Source: Pirellulales bacterium (GTDB lineage Bacteria > Planctomycetota > Planctomycetia > Pirellulales > PALSA-1355). Taken from it: DNA of 64,000 bases. Below the pieces are notes generated by a model. It was given only the letters and a program-made list of their open reading frames with translations, had not been told where the DNA came from and ran no database searches. The position numbers were made by a program, and so were the translations under genes. Position 1 is the first letter of the stretch. Every line of letters starts with the position of its first letter. Location: NCBI GenBank assembly GCA_963733035.1, contig CAVTBU010000005.1, forward strand, positions 1,536,001 to 1,600,000. Direction: 5' to 3'. This document shows positions 46,520-55,587 of the stretch, in pieces.

Positions 46520-49426
46520 ATGGCAGCAAAGAACAGCGATCTCAACGAGCTGCGCGACCAGATCATCGCGTCCCTCGATATTCCATACGAGTACAGTCAG
46601 ATGGGCCTACGGCTCGCTTCCGACAAGCCGCGATCGAGCGGCAAGATGGAAGCGTATTCCATGACCCGCGACGAGCGCAAGCCTAGCGCGTGGATCGACG
46701 CGAACACCGGCATGTACGGTGACTCGGGCCCCGGCGGCGAGTCTGGCCTGTCGATCTTCGACTTTGCCATCAAGTACGGCGGGCACGTCGATTTCAAGTC
46801 CGCGTTCGCTCACTTCGCCGAAAAGGCCGGCGTCGACATCAAGAAAAAGAAACGCAAGCGGCGCGAGGAGAAGCCGGAGGACAAGCTCGAATTCCAGGAA
46901 TGGGACGACGGCAATGACATCCTCGCAACAATGTGGTGCGTCAAGCACAAGCAGGGCGTGACCCTCGAATCTGTCAAGGCGGCAGGCGGCAAGATCGCTT
47001 TCTATCCGTGCTGGAAGGACAAGGAAACCGGCGAGAGAAAACGCGGCTCGCACAAGTGTATCGCGGTCCCATGCTATGTCGATGACGTGGCATCCGCAGA
47101 GCCGGTCGCCTGGGTGCTGTACGACCTGCACAACCAAAAGTTCAAGGTGTTTCGCGGCGACGATCAAGAGCCCGACTACGTCAAGATGAAGTCCATCGGA
47201 CCCACGCGGGGCGCGATGATGGGTCGCGCGGGACTGGAACGGCTGGCCGGCGACCGCAACGGCATCGAGCTAGTCTGGAAAACCGCCGGCCCTAGCGACA
47301 TGCTCGCGTTGATGGCTGCGATTCCCGAGGATAAGCGGGGCTCGCACGTAGTCGTGTGCAATGCGAGCGGTGAGACCGGCGACGTACTGCCAAACAACAT
47401 CGACCTGTTCGTCGGGGTCAAGGCGGCTGTGCTGCACGACGCCGATGACGCTGGCGAACTCGGCGCCGTGAAGTGGTGCCTGCCGCTGCATTCCGTCAGC
47501 CAAGAGGTTCGTCACGTCCGCCTGCCGTACGACGTGACACAGAAGGGAGGCAAAGACTTCCGCGACTTCGTGGCGGAGGGGAATAACTACGACTCTCTGT
47601 TGACTCTCTACAACGCCGCGAAGCCCTACGAGCCACCCGCCGAACCAGGCCACGGCGACGGCAAGCCAGAAATCAGCATGGCCGCCGAGCGGCAGATTGT
47701 CGGGATGATCCAACTCGACGTGCTCGGCGAAACAGATCGCGGCGGCGTGAAGGTGTTCAGTGAGTTCCATCGCAAGGCTGACGTCATCACCGACATCGGT
47801 AGGCTGACGTTCGAGAACTTGGCTCGCATCGCTGGACCGCGCGTGCGTGAATGCGTGATGCTCAGTAGCCGCGACGAGAAGCCGGGAATGGTTCCGCTCC
47901 AGGCGGTCAAGAATGCCATCGCGCTACTGTCTGGCTACCGGCGGATCGGTGAGCAAACCGAACTCGGCGCCGGCTGCTGGTCGGGCATGACGGAGGAGGG
48001 CATTGCGTACCCATCGGTAGTGATGGTCAACAACGGCGAGGCCGCCGAGTGGAACGGCACGAAACAGCTTGAGCGAATCGACCACCCACGGTTTAAAGAA
48101 CAATTGCTCGACTTCGAGAGCGCTCAGAGACCGTGGTATCGTTTCGATCACCTTAAGCAGTGCATTGAAAACTGTGACCGGGATTTTGCCACAGACACAA
48201 TGAACGAAGCGATCCAGCTCTTCGACAAGTTTCGCTGGAAGCATTCTGCAGCGCCGTTCACGACAACCGGACTCGTGCTGGCTAGCTGGGTTCAGTCGCT
48301 TTGGGATTGGCGACCACAGATCGCGGTCATCGGTCCTTCAGCGTCGGGCAAAAGCACGCTTTTTGGAGTGCTCGCAAGAATCTTTGGCAACTTGGCACGG
48401 AAGTCGTCCAGCAGCTCGGCTGCAGGACTTAGACAGGTCATTAAGCGATCGAGCCAAGTGATCTTGTTCGACGAGTTTGAAAACAGCCAATATCGCAAAG
48501 AGGTCCTCGAAATGCTCCGAATGAGCAGCAGAGGCGACACGATGTTGCGAGGCACGACCAGCCACCAGGCCCAACAATTCCAACTCCGGCACATCGCCTG
48601 GGTCGCGGCAATCGAGGCAGGTCTCAACAAGACGCCCGACAGAAATCGGTTCATAATGCTTGAGCTGGAGCGACGAGGAACCCTGGTCAATGAGAAACTC
48701 GAATTGCCAAGCGCTAGAGAGCTAGCGAGTTTAGGCCAGCGGCTGCTTGCTGTCGCTGTTAGGTATGCGTTTAAAGCATGTCGACTAGCCAACCAACTTA
48801 AGGAGCACCGGATCACCGGGGTTGATGATCGAGTGATCGAAAACTACGCAGTACCCACCGCGATGCTATCGACGATAAAGGAGTTCAATTACGCTGACGC
48901 GGTGGCCCTTTTGACTGAGATGCTGCATGGCGCAGAAGAACAACATGAAAGAATGTCGGACGAGATGGACCTATTGGAGGACATCCTCAACTCGCGATTG
49001 GCGAACAGCCCAAGCCGACTAGCTATGTGGCAGTTGGTACAAATCGTCCTGACTTCAACTGCCATCTCGAACGTCACGGTGGACCAGGCCAAATCAGAAC
49101 TGGATACTGCCGGACTACGATTTTCCCAATTCACAAAGAACGACGCCCTTACATTGAAAAACATGGACCTAGAAGGTCAGAGATGCCTCATAATCAGCTG
49201 CAAGGCCGTCTCGCGTCATTTGCTGACAGACGACGCCTATGCCGGAGTGGATGTATCAGCGATTCTGAAACGATTGCCCGTTTCATTAGCGAGCCGCAGA
49301 CAAACGAACCTCGGCAATGACCGCTCATGTATAGTTGTCGGGCTGAATACACTCGCAGAGGCGAAGGATGAGTTGCTATTCGCTCCACAAGCATGCAGCG
49401 GAACAGTTGGAACACGCGTGGAATGA
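46520..49426 (+). CDS. Mobile-element primase-helicase-like replication protein (CHC2-like, Toprim-like and P-loop domains)
   Basis: DERKPS...SIFDF N-terminal domain; Toprim-like AGPSD and HDADDAG; Walker A GPSASGKST; Walker B ILFDE; DRNRF. Confidence 0.72.
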   Translation: MAAKNSDLNELRDQIIASLDIPYEYSQMGLRLASDKPRSSGKMEAYSMTRDERKPSAWIDANTGMYGDSGPGGESGLSIFDFAIKYGGHVDFKSAFAHFAEKAGVDIKKKKRKRREEKPEDKLEFQEWDDGNDILATMWCVKHKQGVTLESVKAAGGKIAFYPCWKDKETGERKRGSHKCIAVPCYVDDVASAEPVAWVLYDLHNQKFKVFRGDDQEPDYVKMKSIGPTRGAMMGRAGLERLAGDRNGIELVWKTAGPSDMLALMAAIPEDKRGSHVVVCNASGETGDVLPNNIDLFVGVKAAVLHDADDAGELGAVKWCLPLHSVSQEVRHVRLPYDVTQKGGKDFRDFVAEGNNYDSLLTLYNAAKPYEPPAEPGHGDGKPEISMAAERQIVGMIQLDVLGETDRGGVKVFSEFHRKADVITDIGRLTFENLARIAGPRVRECVMLSSRDEKPGMVPLQAVKNAIALLSGYRRIGEQTELGAGCWSGMTEEGIAYPSVVMVNNGEAAEWNGTKQLERIDHPRFKEQLLDFESAQRPWYRFDHLKQCIENCDRDFATDTMNEAIQLFDKFRWKHSAAPFTTTGLVLASWVQSLWDWRPQIAVIGPSASGKSTLFGVLARIFGNLARKSSSSSAAGLRQVIKRSSQVILFDEFENSQYRKEVLEMLRMSSRGDTMLRGTTSHQAQQFQLRHIAWVAAIEAGLNKTPDRNRFIMLELERRGTLVNEKLELPSARELASLGQRLLAVAVRYAFKACRLANQLKEHRITGVDDRVIENYAVPTAMLSTIKEFNYADAVALLTEMLHGAEEQHERMSDEMDLLEDILNSRLANSPSRLAMWQLVQIVLTSTAISNVTVDQAKSELDTAGLRFSQFTKNDALTLKNMDLEGQRCLIISCKAVSRHLLTDDAYAGVDVSAILKRLPVSLASRRQTNLGNDRSCIVVGLNTLAEAKDELLFAPQACSGTVGTRVE

Positions 49427-49607
49427 GTTGGCGTAAAGGTAATTCACTACGAGCACAAGGGTTAGTCGCTCTCACTCTATCAGTATTCCAAGGTTCCAGA
49501 TATTCCACGATGAAAGACTCCATTCGACTGATCAGGACGATCTCGACGCGTGAGAAAATCAGAGGAGAACTGTTGTACTGGTATGTTGGAATCTGGGAAT
49601 GCTGAAC
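49400..49607. repeat. Clustered (T)GGAAY short repeats; candidate replication origin
   Basis: Three groups: forward 49400-49424, reverse 49485-49507, forward 49587-49607. Confidence 0.5.
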
Positions 49608-49700
49608 AGCAAGAGTATTGACGTGTACTGCGACGAGTTTTTTATTGCGAGACTACTTGACACGATCGGAGGAGTGGGATAAAAATCTCACTAGGGCAAG

Positions 49701-49895
49701 ATGCTCTCAGATGTATTGCGAGACAAGATCGCCAGGAGCGGCATTCCGTTGCTGGTACTTGAGCGCGAGACCGGAGTTCAGCGGGCCTCGATCCGCCGGT
49801 TTCTCGATCGCAAACAATCGCTGCGGCTCGATGCCGCCGATAGGTTGGCGAAATACTTTGGTCTGACGCTGGTTCAATCCTCAAGGAAGAAATGA
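49701..49895 (+). CDS. Small Cro/CI-like HTH protein
   Basis: LERETGVQRASIRRFL....SLRLDAADRLAKYFGL; directly upstream of the integrase. Confidence 0.8.
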   Translation: MLSDVLRDKIARSGIPLLVLERETGVQRASIRRFLDRKQSLRLDAADRLAKYFGLTLVQSSRKK

Positions 49896-49898
49896 ACT

Positions 49899-51557
49899 GT
49901 GGGCACTGTCTTTAAGAAAACATATACCAAGCCGTTACCCGCTGACGCGACGCTTGTTGACCGCAACGGCAAGCCGCAAGCGCAGTGGCGCGATAGCAAG
50001 GGGAAGCTCCGTCGGGCCGACGTGACAACTGGCAAGGACGGGAGGGATCGGCTCTTCTTGACCGCTCGTACGTACACCGCCAAATACCGCGATGGCCAGG
50101 GCTTGCTGAAGGAAGTTGCGACCGGCTGCCGGGACGAAGCTGCGGCACGCGCTGTCCTCTCGGACCTGGAACGCCGCGCCGAAAAAGTGAAGGGAGGGCT
50201 CCTTACGCGCGAAGAGGCGGATGCGATCGATCATCAAGATCTGCCACTGGACCGGCAGTTCGAGACCTACTTGGTTAAGCTGCAAGCCGAAGGCACCACA
50301 TCCGTTCACCGCGCAAACGTACGCCGCTGCTTGTTTCGAATCGCGAAGGATTGCAAGTTCATGCAGCTGTCCCAGCTGTCCCGGGATGCTCTTGAGCGCT
50401 GGCTCGTAGCGCAACAGAAGGCTGGCATGAGTGCTCGGACTCGCAATATCTACCGAGCTGCCCTCGTGGCGTTCTGCAACTGGTGCCTGGAGACGGGGCG
50501 CATGCTAACCAACCCGTTCACGAAGGTGGCCAAGGCGGACGAGGTGGCGGACCCGCGCCGACAGAGGCGATCCTTGACTGAGGAAGAGCTTGGCCGCCTC
50601 ATTCAGGCCGCTCGCACCCGTCCCTTGGCCGAAGCCGCCACGGTGCGACGTGGACGCCGCAAGGGTCAGCCCGCGGCGTCGCTCAAGGCCAAGACGCGCC
50701 AGCGCCTGGAAAAGCTCGGCTGGGAGCGTGCACTGATTTACAAGACTCTGGTGCTCACCGGGCTCCGCCGAGGGGAATTGGCGTCCCTCACGATTGGTCA
50801 GCTGCGGCTGGATGAGCCGACGCCTTATCTCGTATTGAAGGCAGCCGATGAAAAGAACCGCCAAGGAGCCACCATCCCTGTCCGCGCGGACCTCGCGGAG
50901 GATCTGCGGAATTGGCTGGTGACGAAATCCCACGAGGCACTGGATTCCCCGCTCTTCACAGTACCCAAGGGCCTGATTCGCATTCTCGACCGCGACCTGG
51001 TTGCCGCGGGAATTGCTCGTAGAGTTCAGGTCGGACCAAACAAATGGGTGATCGACAAGCGGGATGATCGAGGCCGTACGGTTGACGTACATGCGTTAAG
51101 GCATACATTTGGTACACTGCTGACTAAAGGTGGGGTTATGCCTCGCACTGCCCAGGCAGCGATGCGTCACTCGGACGTGAACCTGACCATGAACACGTAC
51201 ACCGATCCCAAACTGCTCGACGTGTCTGCGGCGATCGCCGCTCTGCCCGAGCTCCCGCTGGGCGCTTGCGCAGTGGGAAATCAGCTCTCTGGGTCGCTGG
51301 GAGCCGTGTGCGATAAAGCTAGCGCCGCGGAATCTCGGCTTGCACCAGAGCTTGCACCAACGCCTTTCCAAGCTGGACCAATCGGGTCAATTGTAGACAC
51401 TGCGGTAAATGCGCCGAGCCATTGCTCAGTCGAGAAGGGTGTCGACGAAGGTGCCTTTGCTGACAAAGAGATACGGCCGTTGTCCATCTCAGACAACGGC
51501 CGTCAAGAAGAGCGGGCGAAGGGATTCGAACCCTCGACATCCAGCTTGGGAAGCTAG
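49899..51557 (+). CDS. Tyrosine recombinase/integrase
   Basis: Catalytic set TGLRRGE, EKNR, HALRHT, MRHS and MNTY. The ORF ends inside the tRNA gene. Confidence 0.95.
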   Translation: MGTVFKKTYTKPLPADATLVDRNGKPQAQWRDSKGKLRRADVTTGKDGRDRLFLTARTYTAKYRDGQGLLKEVATGCRDEAAARAVLSDLERRAEKVKGGLLTREEADAIDHQDLPLDRQFETYLVKLQAEGTTSVHRANVRRCLFRIAKDCKFMQLSQLSRDALERWLVAQQKAGMSARTRNIYRAALVAFCNWCLETGRMLTNPFTKVAKADEVADPRRQRRSLTEEELGRLIQAARTRPLAEAATVRRGRRKGQPAASLKAKTRQRLEKLGWERALIYKTLVLTGLRRGELASLTIGQLRLDEPTPYLVLKAADEKNRQGATIPVRADLAEDLRNWLVTKSHEALDSPLFTVPKGLIRILDRDLVAAGIARRVQVGPNKWVIDKRDDRGRTVDVHALRHTFGTLLTKGGVMPRTAQAAMRHSDVNLTMNTYTDPKLLDVSAAIAALPELPLGACAVGNQLSGSLGAVCDKASAAESRLAPELAPTPFQAGPIGSIVDTAVNAPSHCSVEKGVDEGAFADKEIRPLSISDNGRQEERAKGFEPSTSSLGS

Positions 51558-51583
51558 CGCTCTACCAACTGAGCTACGCCCGC
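51511..51583 (-). tRNA. tRNA-Gly(CCC)
   Basis: GCGGGCG-TAGCTCAGTTGGTAGAGC-G-CTAGC-TTCCCAA-GCTGG-ATGTC-GAGGGTTCGAATCCCTT-CGCCCGC-T folds as a cloverleaf; CCA is not encoded. Confidence 0.97.
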
Positions 51584-51671
51584 AGGGTACCAGTTATCTT
51601 AGCTGATTTTGTTTGTGGATACAGCAAGGGCACCAGGAATTTGGTGGCTGCGACTATTGGCGCGGGGGGAA

Positions 51672-52442
51672 TTACGTAGGGCCGGAGCCGCGAAGGGCCT
51701 GGTCGATTCGCGATAGCGTCTGGCCAATGGGCTCGTGCAAGACGGCGTCGGCCGAGGCGTCCTGGTCGGTCGGGTCGCGGTTGACAATGACGAGTTTTGC
51801 GCCGGCGCGGCGGGCGACTTCCGGGAGGCCGGCCGCCGGGTAAACAACGAGCGACGATCCGATGGCCAAAAAGACATCGCTTTGCGCAGCCAACGCGGCG
51901 GACGCTTCCAGGATGTCGGTCGGCAGCGCCTGGCCAAACGATACAGTCGCACTTTTCAAACGTCCGCCGCACGCCGGGCAGTCGGGCACCGCCTGCTTTT
52001 CGCGAAACTCCGCCAGCAGCGGTAGCGGCTCGTAGCGCTGGTCGCAGTCGAGGCAAACAATCCACCGCACGGTGCCATGCAATTCGAGCACGCACTGGCT
52101 CCCCGCCAGTTGGTGCAGGCCGTCGATGTTTTGGGTGACCACGCCGGCCACGCGACCTTCCTGCTCCCAGCGGGCAATGATGCGGTGGCCAACGTTCGGT
52201 TCGGCTTGCACGAAGTCATCGGCGGCTAGCGCCTTCTGTCGCCAGTATTCAAAGCGGGCCGCGGCCGACGCAAGAAACTCGTCGTAGTAGACCGGCTTGT
52301 TCTGCGACCAAACGCCGCCGGGCGAGCGAAAGTCTGGAATACCGCTCTCGGTACTCATACCGGCGCCCGTAAAAACCACGGCTCGCCGGGCGTCGGCCAA
52401 CCAGCCCGCTACGCGCTCGATGGGGGAGTCTCTGCGCATCAT
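51672..52442 (-). CDS. cobB: NAD-dependent deacylase (sirtuin)
   Basis: TGAGMSTESGIPDFR, TQNIDGLH, ELHG, two CxxC pairs and GSSLVVYPAA. Confidence 0.92.
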   Translation of the reverse strand: MMRRDSPIERVAGWLADARRAVVFTGAGMSTESGIPDFRSPGGVWSQNKPVYYDEFLASAAARFEYWRQKALAADDFVQAEPNVGHRIIARWEQEGRVAGVVTQNIDGLHQLAGSQCVLELHGTVRWIVCLDCDQRYEPLPLLAEFREKQAVPDCPACGGRLKSATVSFGQALPTDILEASAALAAQSDVFLAIGSSLVVYPAAGLPEVARRAGAKLVIVNRDPTDQDASADAVLHEPIGQTLSRIDQALRGSGPT

Positions 52443-52531
52443 CGCCGCAACCTCGACCAGATTGAAATGACGTTGCCACGCTGAGAAAGTTGTATGCCGG
52501 TTGAAGGTCGGTTTGCAAACGGGCGACAGGT

Positions 52532-54344
52532 TTACACTGCGCCCTCCAGGTCGGCCCAGCGATTGAACGCGACCGCCAAACGGTCTTCCAACTCCTTCAG
52601 AAGTGCTTGCTTGGCCGCGATTTGTTCCCCCGGCTGACGGTAGAACGTCTCGCGGGCCATTTCCTGGTGCAAATCTCTGATTTGCAACTCGAGGCTCTCG
52701 ATGCTGCCGGGCAAGGTTTGGAGTTCCTGCTGCTCTTTGTAGGACAGGCGGCGTTTGCCCTGACCCGATGATCGCTGGTTTGCGGACGCCGACTTCGTTG
52801 CCGCCGGTATTGCTGTTTGTTTCGACGCGACGTCGCGAGGGCGATTCTGGCGTTGTCGCAGCCAGTCGTCATAGCCGCCGACGTACTCCTTCGCGTTTCC
52901 GTCTTCGAATACGATTGAGCTTGTCACGACGTTGTTCAAAAAGGCCCGATCGTGGCTCACCACGAGCACCGTTCCTTGAAACGTCACGAGTCGCTCTTCG
53001 AGCAGTTCGAGTGTTTCCGCGTCGAGGTCGTTAGTCGGCTCGTCGAGCACGATTACGTTTGCCGGCTTGGCGAACAGCCTGGCCAACAGCACGCGATTGC
53101 ACTCGCCTCCGGAAAGAAATTTCACCGCGGTGCGCGAACGCTCGGGGCTGAATAGGAACTCTCCGAGGTAGCCAATTACGTGGCGAACATTGCCCCCGAT
53201 GTTTACCGTGTCGTAACCATCGCCGACGTTGTCCTGCACCGAAGCGTTCTCGTCCAGCTGCTCGCGAAGTTGGTCGAAGTAGGCGATTTCCAGGTTCGTC
53301 CCCAAACGCGCGGTGCCCGACTGTGGCTCGAGCTTGCCGAGCAGCAGCCGCAAGAGGGTCGTCTTACCGGCACCGTTGGGGCCGAAGATGCCGACCTTGT
53401 CGCCTCGTAGAATCGTGGTCGAGAAGTTCTTGACGATCGATTGCTGGCCATAGCAGAACGACACGTCATCCAATTCGGCCACCAACGTCCCGCTCCGCTG
53501 CGCCTCCTGGATCGACATTCGCACGTTGCCGTCGCGTTCTCGCCGCTGTGCGCGCTCGCGCCGCATTTGCTCAAGGGCACGCACTCGCCCCTCGTTGCGC
53601 GTGCGCCGGGCTTTGATGCCTGTGCGAATCCAAACCTCCTCCTCGGCCAGCTTTTTGTCGAACAACGCGTTCTGCTTTTCTTCGGCCACGAGCAATTCCT
53701 CCTTGCGTGCCAGGAATGTGTCGTAGTCGCACGACCAATCGAACAGCCTGCCGCGGTCAATTTCCAGTATGCGCGTGGCCAGGCGCCGCAAGAACATCCG
53801 GTCGTGCGTGACGAAGACCAGTGCAACGCTCGTCCGCCCCAAAAACTCCTCGAGCCAATCGATGGCGTCCACATCGAGATGATTGGTCGGTTCGTCAAGC
53901 AGCAGCACGTCGGGCGACGAAACCAGCGCTCGGGCCAGTAGCACGCGGCGTTTCATGCCCGCCGAAAGCGTCTCGAACTCGGCATCGGCCGGAAGCTGCA
54001 TCTGGGCGATTAGCCGGTCACGTTGCTGCTCGGCGCGCCACGCTTGTTCCGGGTCGGCAGCCAATTCACCCATTCCCTCCGCGATTACCTTGCGGACATT
54101 TCCGGTCAGATCTCGCGGCACATCCTGCGGCAACAGCGCCACGCGCAGTCCCCGGGACAAAACTTACCTGACCCGAGTCCGGCTGCACTTCGCCGCTTAA
54201 GATTCGCAGGAAGGTTGTCTTGCCGGCACCGTTGCGGCCGAGCAGCGCGACACGCTGCCCGGACTCGATATTACAGGACACACCGTCGAGCAGCGCTGGT
54301 CCGCGAAACCCGATGGTCAGATCGCTAACAGTAATCAGAGCCAT
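52532..54344 (-). CDS. uup: ABC-F ATPase Uup (frameshift near 54153)
   Basis: Two ABC domains (GRNGAGKT, GPNGAGKT), WIRTGIKARRTRNEGRVRAL linker and C-terminal LSYKEQ.EL. An extra G in a G4 run splits the ORF. Confidence 0.9.
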
Positions 54345-54459
54345 CAACCCACGGCCGACGAGCGGTAGGAACAAGAGTACGAAGAACGATGCTCCGTATT
54401 ATGGCAAAACCTCTGGCGGCCCCGATATGCCTATTTCGCGCGGTGTGCGTTTGAGGCGT

Positions 54460-55425
54460 CTAGTTCGCACTCAATTTGTCGATCAGAAATTTTTCGATCG
54501 AGCCGTATTTCGTGTCCTTGTGTCCCGGGTACGAGACAACCGCTTCCACGCCGGCGTTTTCGAGGACCTCGGCCAGTTGTACGCCGTACATGGCCGAGTG
54601 CGTGGGGTCGCGCTCTTCCTGGCCGATTTTGGGAGACTGCTTTTGATTGGGGTAGTCGAGATAGATCGGCGGATCGTCCTTGGTCACCAATTCGATCGGG
54701 GAGTACTCCTTGATCCAGGGCAATACCTTCTCTCGATTGGCGATCAGGAGTTCGAACTCCTCTGGTCGGCCCCGTCCCGCGGCGGCAAAACCGAAGGCAT
54801 GACCGCCATAGATCGCATTGGGAATCCACTCGCGAAGCTGCTTGGGGTCGAGCGACGTCTGCGCTCCGGACACTGCCGCGCAGGTGAGGCGAGACGACTC
54901 GCGTGCAATCGGATCGCTGCTGGCGGGGTCGGCCAAATCATCGTGCAGTGCCAGCCAGACCGATGTGCAAGCGCCGGCCGAGCCGCCCGTTGCGCCGACC
55001 CGCGTGGGATCGAGATTCCACTGCTTGGCTTTCGAACGGATCGTCTGCAGCGCGCGGGCGGCGTCATGCAAGGGGGCCTTGACGGGCGGCTCGACGTGCT
55101 GCTGCATGGCTTGCTCGATAAATCGGTAGTTGATGGCGGCCACGGAAATGCCCGCGTCCAAATAGGGTTGAATTGACTTCGTGCCGTAGGTCGATTTGTC
55201 GCCACCGCGCCAGCCGCCGCCGTGAATCAGCAGCACCAGCGGCGTCGGCTCGTCCGACTGCGCCTGCCAGAAGTCGAACTTCTGCCGCTCGGAATCGTCT
55301 CCATAGAAAAAGTCCGCGACCGAGGGCGTCGGGCGGTCTGGGGAGTTGCGCTGGCGGGCGTTCTGCGCCGGTGCAACCGAGGGAATCAAGAGCAGGGCGG
55401 CAACAAGCAAACTTTTTGATTTCAT
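54460..55425 (-). CDS. Secreted alpha/beta hydrolase (esterase/lipase-like)
   Basis: Signal peptide; HGGGW and GGSAG motifs. Confidence 0.88.
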   Translation of the reverse strand: MKSKSLLVAALLLIPSVAPAQNARQRNSPDRPTPSVADFFYGDDSERQKFDFWQAQSDEPTPLVLLIHGGGWRGGDKSTYGTKSIQPYLDAGISVAAINYRFIEQAMQQHVEPPVKAPLHDAARALQTIRSKAKQWNLDPTRVGATGGSAGACTSVWLALHDDLADPASSDPIARESSRLTCAAVSGAQTSLDPKQLREWIPNAIYGGHAFGFAAAGRGRPEEFELLIANREKVLPWIKEYSPIELVTKDDPPIYLDYPNQKQSPKIGQEERDPTHSAMYGVQLAEVLENAGVEAVVSYPGHKDTKYGSIEKFLIDKLSAN

Positions 55426-55587
55426 GGCAGGATTTCCAGGTTGGCCAACTTGCGGGGAAGCCGACGGTTCGAGCGCCTATCGTCGACGAGTTGACGGTTC
55501 GAGTCAAGCAACTCCTCGCACGAGACGCGGTGGCGAAGCATTGTGCCGGCGGCACGCTTCGAACCAGTTTGTCGGACACGGTTGCAA

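Larger units (their letters stand above)
46166..51557 (+). mobile_element. Satellite-like integrative element core at tRNA-Gly
   Basis: AlpA, primase-helicase, repeats, HTH and integrase abut the tRNA 3' end; no virion or conjugation genes are seen. Confidence 0.75.

Noticed and set aside
51672..52442. Sirtuin as an anti-phage Sir2 effector beside the island
   Set aside because: It has a canonical CobB-type sequence with a zinc ribbon, lies on the host side of the tRNA and has no defence partner genes.
54140..54165. Programmed frameshift in uup
   Set aside because: A simple G4 run without a slippery heptamer; a sequencing indel is more likely.
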